Shown here one piece after another: positions 1 to 10,888 of a DNA stretch of 64,000 nucleotides. A model generated the notes under the pieces. It ran no database searches. It saw only the letters and a program-made list of their open reading frames with translations, and was not told where the DNA came from. This DNA comes from Emiliania huxleyi CCMP1516 (taxonomy: Eukaryota). Numbering within the stretch: the first letter of the stretch is position 1; each line of letters starts with the position of its first letter. The DNA lies in NCBI RefSeq assembly GCF_000372725.1, contig NW_005202427.1, forward strand, positions 434,001 through 498,000, in the 5' to 3' direction. Both the position numbers and the translations under genes were made by a program.

Positions 1-212
1 AGAGACCGACGAGAGTGGGACGGCCGCGAGGTGGCATGAAGGTTGCAGCGAGAAGCGGCGAGAGACTGCGAAAAGAGATACGAAGAGGCAGACTCCCCAG
101 GGTGGGCGACGGCTAGCGCACCACACTCCTCTCCTTAAAATCCCTGTGTGGTGGCGGCGTGCCGTTCTCCCATCCCTCGCTTGGGTTGTGTGTTTTCTTT
201 CTTTCTTTCAGC
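1..212 (-). repeat. Dispersed repeat module A (~200 bp); other copies at 18508-18705 (-), 49547-49790 (+), 57556-57630 (+, partial)
   Basis: Core ccaagggagggatgggagaacggcacgccgccaccacacagggattttaa, or close variants or its reverse complement, at all four sites. Confidence 0.85.
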
Positions 213-268
213 ACACAGGCTCGACACAGGTGCGAACTGGCGCGTGCTAGTACTATCACCGGCACACC
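210..268. repeat. Short dispersed repeat; inverted copy at ~48591-48650
   Basis: caggctcgacacaggtgcgaactggcgcgtgctagtactatcaccggcacacc matches the reverse complement at ~48591-48643. Confidence 0.8.
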
Positions 269-837
269 ACCGGAGCCGCCTAAGCGACTCCGTTAAGAAC
301 GGCAATGCACTTCGCTCCGTGCACAATGCGACTTTTCCCCACTCACTCGAGGAGGGGTGTTTGCCTAGCGGCACTCGAGTGCGGTGTTTTCGCTGTGAAA
401 CGATCCAAAAAGCGCATCGCTTGCACTGAAAACCCGCCGGCAAAGCTCGTGTGATGTCGAAAAAAAGTGCGATGTAGGCCTAATAGCCGGCGGTAGCCGT
501 GCGAGCAGCAGTTAGAGCCACGCGCGGCAACAGGTACGCGCCATAGGGATACGACAAGGAGAAAGAAGTGGCCACCAGAAGAGATAGACTGGTACGTCGA
601 TGCCTTCCAGCGGAGCTGCAGCTGCGTCACACTTATCACTTATGCGCTGTGTGAGTGCCTGCAGCAGCGCCAATAGTCTCGCGGAGCTTGGCGTCGCGGC
701 CGCCATGTAACAGATAGTGGTGGCTGTGTCGCATGTGAAACAACATGTACATGTACACAAGATACACTTCGAGATGCTGTGCTCTTAGCACACAACAACT
801 GTACTCCAAGGGGTTTGCCGTGCGGGCTTTCCTACGG

Positions 838-3800
838 CTAACGCCGACTCCGTTGGCCCCGGCCGATGAAGTCGGCGTCCCTGTTCTCCACGTACCAACC
901 CGCGAACCCATGGTTCGCCTTGCGCAGGAAGCGTGCCTCAAGCTCTGGGTCGTGTGCCATCACGCGTACGAGCGCCCAGAACGCCGCGCGCGAGAGACCG
1001 TGCGCGTGCCCGCCGATGAACGAGTCGAACTCCATCGCATTCATCCGCTTCGCGCGTGCGTACGTCACGTCTCCGGCGACGAGCGCCCATTTCTTCATCT
1101 TATCCTGCAGCGCCTCCCGGTATATGGCCATGCGCAGCTCGATCGCCACCTCACGCAGCGTCGCCGCGTCGCGCACGTCGTCGAGCTCCGCCGCGCGCGC
1201 CGCGCCGACGTGGTGCAGGTGCGCCTGCGCCGCCATGCACGCCGCCAGCCGCGGCGCGTCGCGCGGCGCGACACGCAGCTCGACGGCGAGCGGCGGGAGC
1301 GGCCGCGCCATCACGCCCACCAGCTCGGCGACCACCTCGTCGGTGGCGTCCGCCTCGAGCGCCGCCATCAGCCACGCCCAACCGCCGCGCGCGGCGAGCG
1401 ATCGGCGCAGCGCCGTCGCGAAGCGCACGGCGCGGCGGAGCGGCGTGAGCTCCTCCTCGACGAACGCCGCGAGCGGCGCGGCCCCCGCGAGGGAGTGCTC
1501 ACCCGAGCAGCCCTCGCGCACCGCCTCGACCGACGGCTCGTCGTCCTCCACGCCCGTCGGCTGCGGCGCCGAGCCGGCACTCACGCCGAGTGCGGCGCGC
1601 AGCAGCTCATGCGCGCGGCGCGTCGTCGCCGCCTGCTCGCTGCTAGCCGTGTCGGCGCGCAGCCGGCGGCGTGCGGCACGCGAGAGGCTCTCGTTGTACA
1701 GGTTTAGCATCGCCGGCACACTCAGCCCGCCCACCGCCGCATCGCCCACCGCCGCATCGCCCGCTGCCGCATCGCCCGCCGCAGCATCGCCCGCCGCCGC
1801 ATCGCCCGCCGCCGCATCGCCCACCGCCGCATCGCCCACTGTCGTCGGCCAGTCGAGTGCAGTCAGCGCGAGCAGCAGCTGCACCGGGTGCGAGACGCCG
1901 TCCGCCTCCGTCAGCCCGCCCCACTCCACGAGCCACTGGCGCAGCAGCGTTGCGTACTTGTTGTCGGCGATGGCTGCGCACTTCCGCACGCCCCACAGAG
2001 CTCGCACCGAGTAGAGCACTCGCAGCGCGAGGCGCACCTCGGCCTCGCCCATCGCGCCGCCGCCGCGGCGGCCGCCGCCGCTGCTACCGTCGGCGGTGAG
2101 CGCAAGCAGCGCGTGCGCGTGGAGGGCGACCTTCTGCTCGCCCCCCATGTACATGAAGAGGTCGCGCGTGAGCGTCACGGAGGTGAGCGTGTCGGCCAGC
2201 TTCGAGGTGCACACGAGGCGCGACGCGCGCGGGCAGCGCGGGTCGACGAGTGGCAGCACGTCCTCCACCGCGCAGCCCTCGGGCGCCTGCACGGCGTGCC
2301 CCGACTGCAGCGCGCAAAGCAGCGAGCCCGTGTCGACGGGCGACGGCAGCACGCGCGCCACGCGCATCGCGAACGGGTCCATCTGCGTCGCGTCGCTGCG
2401 GCGGATGCCGAGCGGCACGCCGTGCATGCCGACGAACATCAGCGCGTCGTACTCGCACTCCGCCTCGTGCGTGAGCGCCGCCGCCGCGCCCGACCACTCG
2501 CCGAGCTGCTGCGGCTGCGTCAGCAGCGAGAGGTAGCTCTCGACGCCGCCGCCGCCGCCGCCGCGGTCGTACCGCTCGAGCATCGCCGGCAGCGCCTCGT
2601 CGAGCGCCGCGAGCGACAGCGCGCTTGCCTGCTGGTCCTCCGCCGCCGACACGATCGCCTCCGCCTCGGCCGCTGCAGCTGCTCGACCTCCGCCGCCGCC
2701 GCATCCACCACCACCACCGTTCTGGTCGCCGAGCAGTGCGCGCAGCAGCGCCTCGATTTCGTCGCCGCCGCCAGCCGCGCAGCGCCGCAGCACACCGTCG
2801 CCGTGCGCGGCGGCGAGCGCGCGGGCGCGAGCGACGGCGTCGACGCGCAGCGCATGCGGCATCGCGGCGCCCACCTCCTTCACGCTCGTGACGATCTCCT
2901 CCAGCAACGGCGCGCCTGCCGCGGTGCCCGCGCGGCGCAGCGCCTTGCCGGCATACTTGGCCGTGCCGCCGGTGAGGAAGGCTGCCTGCGCCGCCGACGA
3001 GTCGGCTGCGAAGGCCGTCACCTCCGCCAGCTCGTTGCGCAGCTCGCGCGCCGCGTGCAGCGCGCCCACCAGTCGCTTGCTCAGCCGCACGCGCTCCGCC
3101 GGAGCCAGCCGCACAAAGTCAACACGCCCGTCGTTGCCTCCGCTCGCCGCAGCTGCCTCTGCGGCGCTCTGGGCCTCCACGTCGGCAATCAGCCGGGTGA
3201 GATAGGCGGTGGCCGCACCTGTGTCGGCGGAGCCCGCCACGCGCGAGACGCGCAGCTGACCAAGCAGCTTACTCACCGCCGCTGCAGCCGCCGCCGCGTC
3301 GAAGGGCACGCACTGCACCGCGCAGCGCACGCCGCCCACCATCAGCGCCGGCGGGCCGTGCTGCTCACCGCCGCCGCCGGTGAGTAGCAGCGTGAGCGTC
3401 GCGTCCTCCTCCGCATACACGTCCATCGCGCGCACCGAGCGCCCCGCGCTCTCGACGAGCTGCCACGAGCGCGCCTGCGCCTCGTCGCCGCCGCACGCGA
3501 GCGTCACGACACGCCCGCCAAGGCACGAGCGCACGCCGCTCTTCAGAGCGTCCAGCGTCTTCTCCATCTCGGACGTGGTGCGGCAAAAGTAGATGGGCGC
3601 CAGCCCGCCGATCGGCACAGTCTCGAGGCTCGTCTTGCACAGCATGCCCAGTTGCGTCTGGCTCGACGCGCTTACGCCAACCACGATGCAGGAGACGCGT
3701 GCCCCGCTCCGCACCAGCGCAGCACGCATGTCCGGCAGCTCGCGCGACGGCTGCGGCCCACAGTTGTGCCCGCCGTCCGAGAGCAGCACGATGACGTGAT

Positions 3801-4158
3801 GGACGAGCGACGGCGCCCTCTTCACGATGTCCACCGTGTTCTTCAGGCCAGCGCTGATGTTCGTCTGGCCCTGCCGTGGCAGCGCGAGCTTCCGCATTGC
3901 CTCAGCCGAGGTGATCGAGGTCGACATCGTCGTGGCTGCCGAGTCGAACACCGTCAGACTGCAAGGCGCAGTGGCCTGATCGACGAGCGGCGCAAAGGAA
4001 TTCTTCGCGGCCTCCGTCTGCCGGCCCATCGACCCGGAGTTGTCCAGGCAGATGTGGAACGCGATGGGGCTGGCCTTCTGCTTGGCACTGCACGGCAGCG
4101 TGAGCTGAACCACGTGGTGATCGGAGCCGAGCGGGAAGGCGGTGCACTTCATGGTCAT
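838..4158 (-). CDS. Large intronless protein (~1106 aa): N-terminal von Willebrand factor A domain plus uncharacterised C-terminal region
   Basis: Uninterrupted ORF; MIDAS residues ICLDNSGSM (DxSxS), GQTNI (T), VLLSDG (D); ATG at 4158 or 4152. Confidence 0.8.
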   Translation of the reverse strand: MTMKCTAFPLGSDHHVVQLTLPCSAKQKASPIAFHICLDNSGSMGRQTEAAKNSFAPLVDQATAPCSLTVFDSAATTMSTSITSAEAMRKLALPRQGQTNISAGLKNTVDIVKRAPSLVHHVIVLLSDGGHNCGPQPSRELPDMRAALVRSGARVSCIVVGVSASSQTQLGMLCKTSLETVPIGGLAPIYFCRTTSEMEKTLDALKSGVRSCLGGRVVTLACGGDEAQARSWQLVESAGRSVRAMDVYAEEDATLTLLLTGGGGEQHGPPALMVGGVRCAVQCVPFDAAAAAAAVSKLLGQLRVSRVAGSADTGAATAYLTRLIADVEAQSAAEAAAASGGNDGRVDFVRLAPAERVRLSKRLVGALHAARELRNELAEVTAFAADSSAAQAAFLTGGTAKYAGKALRRAGTAAGAPLLEEIVTSVKEVGAAMPHALRVDAVARARALAAAHGDGVLRRCAAGGGDEIEALLRALLGDQNGGGGGCGGGGGRAAAAAEAEAIVSAAEDQQASALSLAALDEALPAMLERYDRGGGGGGVESYLSLLTQPQQLGEWSGAAAALTHEAECEYDALMFVGMHGVPLGIRRSDATQMDPFAMRVARVLPSPVDTGSLLCALQSGHAVQAPEGCAVEDVLPLVDPRCPRASRLVCTSKLADTLTSVTLTRDLFMYMGGEQKVALHAHALLALTADGSSGGGRRGGGAMGEAEVRLALRVLYSVRALWGVRKCAAIADNKYATLLRQWLVEWGGLTEADGVSHPVQLLLALTALDWPTTVGDAAVGDAAAGDAAAGDAAAGDAAAGDAAVGDAAVGGLSVPAMLNLYNESLSRAARRRLRADTASSEQAATTRRAHELLRAALGVSAGSAPQPTGVEDDEPSVEAVREGCSGEHSLAGAAPLAAFVEEELTPLRRAVRFATALRRSLAARGGWAWLMAALEADATDEVVAELVGVMARPLPPLAVELRVAPRDAPRLAACMAAQAHLHHVGAARAAELDDVRDAATLREVAIELRMAIYREALQDKMKKWALVAGDVTYARAKRMNAMEFDSFIGGHAHGLSRAAFWALVRVMAHDPELEARFLRKANHGFAGWYVENRDADFIGRGQRSRR
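1735..1840. repeat. 15-bp coding tandem repeat, (GDAAA/V) x7, within the vWA gene
   Basis: gccgcatcgcccrcc units visible in tandem. Confidence 0.9.
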
Positions 4159-4364
4159 GTTGGCCGTCGTCGCCAACTGGACCTGTCACCGCGATGTCCA
4201 TCCAAGACGCGTCCCGTCGTGGGGGACTGCGCAGGAACTGGCGCCATCTCGGCTTTAGAGGAAGCGGCAGCGTGTTTACTTTAAGGCCCTTTCCCTGCGA
4301 ACGCGCACCCCCAGGGCTAGGGCTTTCTTGCCCGTAACCCGATGCCAATCATCCGGCCCGCTGG

Positions 4365-4431
4365 GTGCGCTTCTTAGCTCCCCGGCCCTGGATGTGCGGT
4401 TGCTAACTGCACTCCAAGAAAGTGCTCCAAG
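4365..4431 (-). repeat. Dispersed repeat module B; other copies at 18983-19041 (+) and 49453-49525 (+)
   Basis: tggagcactt...aacctcacatccagggccggggagctaagaagcgc consensus shared by three sites. Confidence 0.8.
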
Positions 4432-6113
4432 TGGGAAGCAAAGCAGATGGAGGCGGCGCGGCATGCCAAGGAGCTGCTGCTGGCGGAGGTTGAGCGGCTA
4501 AGTGCAGCAAGGGCCAAGGGCGAGAAGGGCAAGAAGAAGAAGAAGAATGTGGGCGTGGGCGATACGGGCGCCGCTATAGGCTCAACGAGAGCTCGTAGCG
4601 AGAATGTGTGCAGTTAGAGAGCTCGATTTTGATGACAATTCTGCAAAGGGGTGTTCACGGAGAGAACATCTCTGGCAGCTCCCACGGCCGAAATATGTTC
4701 GCAAAAACAAGCCGGGCGTCACAGGGGCTGGGCGCCGAGGACGAGCTTTTCGGGGTCGGTCTTCGCATGCCTGCGCTCCGTACGCACCAGCTGCCGAGGG
4801 GCGCGCACTTCCCGCCTCAAGTACCGCTCGACGAGTCGAGTTATTGGCCGGCGACCGCTGCTGCGACTGGGCGACGCGCCTGTCACGGGGGCTGGGCGCC
4901 GAGGGCGAGCTTGCCTGGGGCGCTCTCCGCGCGCACGGGTTCGCCCGCGGCAGCTGCTGAGGGGCGCGCCATGCTCCTCTCGATGATCGACCGACGAACC
5001 GATATCTTGGCCGGCGACCGCTGCTGCCGTGGGATGGCGCGCCTGCAGGAGGGGCTGGGTGTCCAGGACAAGCTCGCGGGGCGGGCTCTCCGCGACGATC
5101 AGCTTCGTGCGTGTTGGGCCCCGACGCGTGCGCTCTTCCAGAGCCGCGCGGCCGTCAGCCGCTGCCGGGGGCGCGAGTGCGCGTTTGAGCAGAGGGCTCC
5201 GCCGCCTGCTGTCTTCATGTCCGGGCGCCGACCGTCGCCTCTGATGTTTGGGTCGCGTGCGGGTGGCCAGCGACGCCGCTGCTCGCGCGTGTCGGCACGA
5301 TGCGGCTCCGTTGGCCTGACATGCACCCCGGAAAATGCGACACCGCCAAACGCCGCACCGGGGGCGGCCCCCCTCGGCCTCGCGCCCCTCGCCCTCTCCG
5401 ACGGTGTGCGTTGTGGCTCTGCACTGAAGAGCTGATTATGTGCGCGACAGTACGAGAAAAATCACCGCCCAAACAGCGCGCGTAGTACTATATTGCAACA
5501 TGCCCGCCCGTGTGGGGGCGTGTCCGCCTCCCGGCGTGCATTGTCTCCACAGTACTACTGCGGAATCAGTACGCGCGCGCGTGCGCGCAGTAGCCAGTAG
5601 TCAGCCGGGGCGCTGGGGGTTGAAGAGACGTGGGGCGCGCTCGAGGTCGACAAGCCTCCCCCTCCCCTTGCCCGCGTCTGGCCAGCGCGCCGCGACCATG
5701 CTGTCAATGTCGAGGCGCAAGCATCGCGCGCAGTCCGAGCTGCGCAGCTCGACAGGAGGTGCGGGGCCGGCGGCGGCGGCGTCGAAGGAGAGCTCGCCGC
5801 GGCACTCCTGGCAGACAGCGAGAGTGCCGCGGAGCGCGGCGACGCTGGGCGTCGCGCAGCGCGCCGCCGCCAGGCGCCTCGCCGCGGCGTCGCGCTCGGC
5901 GTCCTGGCGCGCCGCCTGCAGCAGCGGAGAGTGCTCCGCCGTGTCGGCCGCGAGGAGGAGGCGCCTCGCCCGCGTGCGCAGCATGACCAGCCGAGGGTAC
6001 GTGTACCAGTGCTGTGGCCACGACTGTGGCAGCTGGTGAGGGCGAGTCGGCGCGATGCCCCGCACTGCAGCTGAAAAGCGCCGCCAACTGGTACAGCCGA
6101 GGGTACGTGAGTG

Positions 6114-6658
6114 ACCAGCTGGGCCACGGCGACCAGCAGCAGCAGCTGCTGCCCACGAAGCTCGAGGCCTTGGCTGACCAGCGCGTCGTCACCGTGTCGG
6201 CGGGATGGGGCCACAGCCTCGCCCTCACCGCCGACGGCAGCGTCTGGAGCTGGGGCTATGGAGGGCGAGGCAAGCTGGGCCACGGCGACGAGCAGGACCA
6301 GCTGCAGCCCAAGAAGGTCGAGGCCTTGGCTGGGCGGTGCGTCGTCGCTGTGTCGGCTGGAGGCGAATACAGCCTCGCCCTCACCGCCGACGGCGCCGTC
6401 TGGAGCTGGGGCCGGGGAGCCTCAGGCCAGCTGGGCCACGGCGACCAGCAGCAGCAGCTGCTGCCCAAGAAGGTCGAGGCCTTGGCTGGCCAGCGCGTCG
6501 TCGCTGTGTCGGCTGGGGTCCGCCACAGCCTCGCCCTCGCCGCCGACGGCGCTGTCTTTACCTGGGGCCAGGGCCGTCACGGCGGCCTAGGCCACGGAGA
6601 GGACCTGTCGAACCAGCTGCTGCCCAAGAAGGTCGAGGCGTGGGCGCCGGGGAAGTGA
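6114..6658 (+). pseudogene. 5'-truncated RCC1-repeat gene fragment, paralog of the RCC1 region at 14938-16290
   Basis: Three repeats like QLGHGDQQQQLLPKKVEALAGQRVVAVSAG..HSLALTADGAVWSWG; no ATG; starts abruptly against unrelated sequence. Confidence 0.7.
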
Positions 6659-7966
6659 GAAGCCCGCGCAGTTGGACAAGGAGGGGATGCTCAGGCTTCT
6701 CGCGGAGCTGAACCAAGTGAGGATTCGGTTCGGCGTCACGGCGGGGCCGAGCCCGAGGGTGGGCGCGGCAGCGGTGGCAGTGGAAGCCGCGGCGGCGGGC
6801 GGTGTAGAGGAGGCCGCGGCCGCTGAGCTGGAGGGGGCGAGAGGATGTGAGATCATGTGACTTGTGAGGGATGTGTTTGGCTCGTCTTGCGTGCCTTCCC
6901 TTGGCTCTCCGTTCTCCGAAGGGAAGAGGCTCTCGATCATTCATGGTACGACTATCGACTAACAAAAGGCAGCATAGACGAAGTGGAAAACGACACACAA
7001 CGCCGTGACTGTCGAGACGCAGCTGATATGTCAGATAAAAACCCCTTTGCAGCCAAGCCTACTGGCACCTAATTTGATGAGAATTATCTCATTTTGTTTT
7101 TGAAACGCCCAAAAAATCGGCGCCTGCGGCGGGCCACTGGGGCTCCCGCCCCAGACCCCGTTTACACATGAGCTATGCCCCACGACCTGAGCCGGAGCCG
7201 AACCTGACGAGGCCTGTAGCAGCTCGACGACCTGCACCAGCCCGAACGGTGCGAGGGCGTCCTCGACGGCGGTGGGGGGGGGGGGGGGGGCAAGGTGGGT
7301 GGGTGGGGCGGGGGGGGGGTGGGGGGGGGGGGGGTTTTAAACCCGGACCTAAATCCAAAAGCCGGGGAAAATTTTTTGGAAAAAATTTGGTTCCGGGGGC
7401 CCCAAGTTTTCCCTTTTTTAGGGGGGCAAAGGGGGTGTTCCCCCGGGCCCCCCGGGGGGTTCCCTTCCGGGGGGCTTGGGCGGGTTTCGGCAACCCCAAA
7501 CGGGGGGGTGGGGGGGCCCCTTTTTACCCCCTTTGGGGGGAAGCCCCACCCCCCGGGGGGGGGGGGTTGACCCCCCCTTGGGTTTTTTCCCCCTCGAGCC
7601 TCGCAATTTTGCTGTTTAGACTGGTTAGCTTGGTGCGCGTCGTGTTCTCTGCGTGCGCGAGGGGAGGCGTCAGCAATGCGGTGCGCGCAAGATTTCTTCT
7701 TGCGGAGGAGCGTGGTGCTGGATGTGCTCTCGAGATGGAGCGCGGGGGACGGGCGGAGGCGGACAAAGTCAAGCGGGGCTGCCGGGCAGGGCCCGTGGGC
7801 GAGACTGCGCTAGCGGTATATCACATAGGGTATGTCTCTTTACCACACGTGTTGACAACACAAACTCGCGCTCTCTCAGGAGAAAAATCCCTCAGAGAGA
7901 GAGATATATAATACGAGGGAGACAGACCATTACACTTTAGGACACATGTTGGGCAACGCAATCCTT

Positions 7967-8905
7967 TCAATTAAGCCCAGCTTGAATGCGTCGTGCGAGC
8001 TCGTGATCCTCGTTGATTTGTAGCAACCTGCGCTGCTCCTCGCGGAGCATCCGCTGTGCCATTGCTTCATCGTCTCGCGGCTCGAGCGAACAGCTCCCAC
8101 CGCCTGCTGGCCTAAGGTCGAAGCTGGTCGAGTCGATTGCGTCGTCAGGCACGTTACCATCCCAAGCTGGCCATTGACTGATGTCGGCAGCAAACCACCC
8201 GCAGCGTGGGCATGCGTTGCCGTTGTACGCGTCGCGCCGGTGAGTGGTGAGTGCTGAGCACGCATAGTGCTCGATCGGTCCATAGCGGCATTGGCCACAC
8301 ATGCGAGCCCCCGGGATCGAGGCGCGAAGCTGCTGGGCGAGCAGAGTCCTATTAATCCCCCGCGAACTCTGTTGCAAGCGGTTGGCCATCTCTCGCACGG
8401 TCTCCACCAGCCGCTCGTTCATCTCCATGAACACCCGACGGCGAATATCGCCGCTCCGCTGAGCATCAAAGACCGTGTAGTCCTCTGCACTTAGGAACCT
8501 TGCCACGGATTGGTTGTCTAAACTCGCTGTGCAGCCGCCGGCAGCATCGGGATAGCAGACGCACGGAATTCGTCCCTCGTGCTGCTGCGTCAGATCCGAG
8601 GGGCCGCGCTCGAGCAGGTCGTGCGCGTAACCCTGAAAGCACTCACCGCACATGCCGTGCGCGTTGCTGCAGTGGATGACCGCGGTCTCACTGAAGCAAA
8701 CGCAGCACTGGTCCGTCTCTTTGGCTGAGAACAAATGACTCATGGCCGAGCACATTCTCGCCACCTCCTGCATCGCCGCAATCACCCTCGCCGCCGCCGC
8801 CGCACGCCGCTCGCGCCGCCGCCGCCAATGCCGCACCGCCGCCATCACCGCACATGCCGTGAATTCGGCGTCGCCAATGCACGCGGCTCGTATGAGGTCA
8901 GCCAT
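7967..8905 (-). CDS. RING-finger (RBR-like) E3 ligase candidate with a second Cys/His-rich C-terminal domain
   Basis: CCVCF..C.NAHGMCGEC...IPC..C RING1-like pattern; later CGQC..GPIEHYAC...NACPRCGWF. Confidence 0.65.
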   Translation of the reverse strand: MADLIRAACIGDAEFTACAVMAAVRHWRRRRERRAAAAARVIAAMQEVARMCSAMSHLFSAKETDQCCVCFSETAVIHCSNAHGMCGECFQGYAHDLLERGPSDLTQQHEGRIPCVCYPDAAGGCTASLDNQSVARFLSAEDYTVFDAQRSGDIRRRVFMEMNERLVETVREMANRLQQSSRGINRTLLAQQLRASIPGARMCGQCRYGPIEHYACSALTTHRRDAYNGNACPRCGWFAADISQWPAWDGNVPDDAIDSTSFDLRPAGGGSCSLEPRDDEAMAQRMLREEQRRLLQINEDHELARRIQAGLN

Positions 8906-9261
8906 AAGGCCCAACGGTGAGCTGCTGTACGGTTGACGCACGGACAGAAGAGGCAGAGGCAATAGACGCGAGAGGAGTCGGGATGAGGACGCGTCTCAGA
9001 CGAACGCGGTGAACGCGGGTGAAGGCCTCGTGAAAGGCCTCGTGAAGCCCTCGAAGGCCTCGCGTGGCCGGTCGTTGCGCGCAACACTCTGGCTTGAAAT
9101 TTATTCTTTCTTGCGCGTTGCACGGGCAGCGTACGCCTCGCAGCAGCGGGCGCCTCGCCTGGAACTGGACAGGGCCCGTCCGGAGTGCCCCTACTCTAGC
9201 GCTATCGTGGTGGGTCCGCGGATTCGTCTTGAGTACTGAGAGCAGCTCGGGCCGAGCTTGG

Positions 9262-9432
9262 ATGCCGTACATCGCTTCCTCGGGCCAGGAGTTCCGACTC
9301 GACGGCCCTCAGCCTCGCCGGCGCTCTGACGCCTCTGTCGGTCTTCTTCTCGCGATAGCTCTCATCATCTGTGTCGGCGGTGCCTATCTCGGTATGCGCA
9401 TGGTCTCAGGATCGTACTCACAGGGAGCCTGA
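9262..9432 (+). CDS. Possible 56-aa single-pass membrane microprotein or upstream ORF
   Basis: MPYIASSG..., hydrophobic VGLLLAIALIICVGGAYLGM; stops 16 nt before the next ATG. Confidence 0.35.
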   Translation: MPYIASSGQEFRLDGPQPRRRSDASVGLLLAIALIICVGGAYLGMRMVSGSYSQGA

Positions 9433-9448
9433 ACGCTTCCGAGCCAGC

Positions 9449-10888
9449 ATGGTCGACAACGCGAGGATAGAAACTACTACCATCACCACATCCGCCTCCG
9501 CCGCCGCCTCGTCCGCGACTGCCACCGTAGATGCCGAGGCCGCAGACGGCCGGCTTTTTGCGCTGCAGCCGGAGCTGCTGCACATGGCACTGCTGCTTCT
9601 ACCACCCGCGGCGCTCTGCTCCTTCGCCTGCTGCTGCCGGGCTGCCGAGGCGGCCAGCAGCGAGGCGGCGAGGCAGCGCTGCGCGGCGTGCGGCGTCGAT
9701 CGCAAGGGCGCGTGGGCGGCCAGGCAGTCGTGGCGCGTGCAGCTGGCTGGGCGGCGCTTCGGCCGCCCTCACCTCGGCCCGCGCTGCCAGGTCGCCTCGT
9801 CGTCGGCGCACCGCACGCGGCGCGCCGGCAGCGCCGCGTCGCTCTTCGCCGCTCCGACAGCGGTCCTGAGCCTCTGCGCGCCGGAGGAGCGAGCCGCCTT
9901 CTTTGGCTCCGCCGCAGAGCCGCACCCGCTGGTCGCCGTCTGCGACGCGGGCAGGCGCTCCGTCGCCTTTGTGTCGCTGCGCCCGGACGGCGCGCGGCTC
10001 GAGCGGTCTGCTCCGGTGGACGGCGCCCCGTGCGGCATCTGTTCCGCCCCGTGGGGTGGAGAGCCGGCCTTCGCCGTCACGGTGCAGGGCGAAAACGAGA
10101 CTGGCCAGCCTCTGCCGGGCGTGGCGAACCCGTCCCACCGCGTCGTTCTGGTCGGCCTGCGCAGCGGTCGAGTGACCCCCGCCGGAGGCAACGACGGCTC
10201 GGCCATGCTCTCGTACCCGAACGGGCTGTGCGCGCTGCCGCCGACGTGGCACGCGTGGAGCGCCGCCCCGCGGCTTGACCGGCCCGCCCGGCTGCTCGCC
10301 TGTACCGACTGGAACCACTCTCGGGTGGTGCTGTGGGGAGTGGACGACCCTGCCGGCGCCGCGCGCTACCTCGCCCGCGGAGACGGGGGCGGCGGAATAG
10401 ACGCGGGCGGGTTCAGCCGCCCGTCGGACATAGTGCGCTTCGAGCTCGGCGGCGGCGGCGGCGGCGGCGGCGTCGCCGACCACTTCCTCGCGGTCGCCGA
10501 CTACTACAGCAATCAGGTGCATTTCTTCGCGGCCGGCTCGAACCGCGGCGAGGTTGCGCCGTGCGGCTGCCTGCGCCAGGCGAGACGCGGCCGGCCGCTC
10601 GATCGTCCTTCGGGCGTCGCCGTGCTCCGTCCCCCGGAGTGCACCTCGAGCGGCGTCTTCTTGCTCGTCGCCGAGGCGGGGGCGATGTGCGTCTCCGTCT
10701 TCCGCGTGGCGCGGCGCGACGGCGGCGAGCCGGTGTGCACGCACGTCGCCTCGCTGTGCGACGAGCTGCTTGGCACCGGAAGGCACCAGCCTGAGCTCGG
10801 GCTCTGGTCGTGGCTCAGTGTCGCGTGTTCGCGCGCGGGAGACATTTGGGTGACTGACGCGGACAACGGGTGTGTCTACCTCGTGTGA
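9449..10888 (+). CDS. F-box-like plus NHL-type beta-propeller protein (intronless)
   Basis: LFALQPELLHMALLLLPPAALCSFACCCR (F-box-like); LSYPNGL, FSRPSDI, LDRPSGVAV, GDIWVTDADNGCVYLV (NHL-like). Confidence 0.65.
   Translation: MVDNARIETTTITTSASAAASSATATVDAEAADGRLFALQPELLHMALLLLPPAALCSFACCCRAAEAASSEAARQRCAACGVDRKGAWAARQSWRVQLAGRRFGRPHLGPRCQVASSSAHRTRRAGSAASLFAAPTAVLSLCAPEERAAFFGSAAEPHPLVAVCDAGRRSVAFVSLRPDGARLERSAPVDGAPCGICSAPWGGEPAFAVTVQGENETGQPLPGVANPSHRVVLVGLRSGRVTPAGGNDGSAMLSYPNGLCALPPTWHAWSAAPRLDRPARLLACTDWNHSRVVLWGVDDPAGAARYLARGDGGGGIDAGGFSRPSDIVRFELGGGGGGGGVADHFLAVADYYSNQVHFFAAGSNRGEVAPCGCLRQARRGRPLDRPSGVAVLRPPECTSSGVFLLVAEAGAMCVSVFRVARRDGGEPVCTHVASLCDELLGTGRHQPELGLWSWLSVACSRAGDIWVTDADNGCVYLV

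Noticed and set aside
7168..7911. 247-aa Gly/Pro/Phe-rich ORF
   Set aside because: Spans homopolymer-inflated sequence (~7270-7600) that looks like a low-quality read.
9262..9432. Selenoprotein K-like reading of the small ORF
   Set aside because: Only a superficial N-terminal resemblance; no Gly/Pro-rich tail and no SECIS that I can identify.
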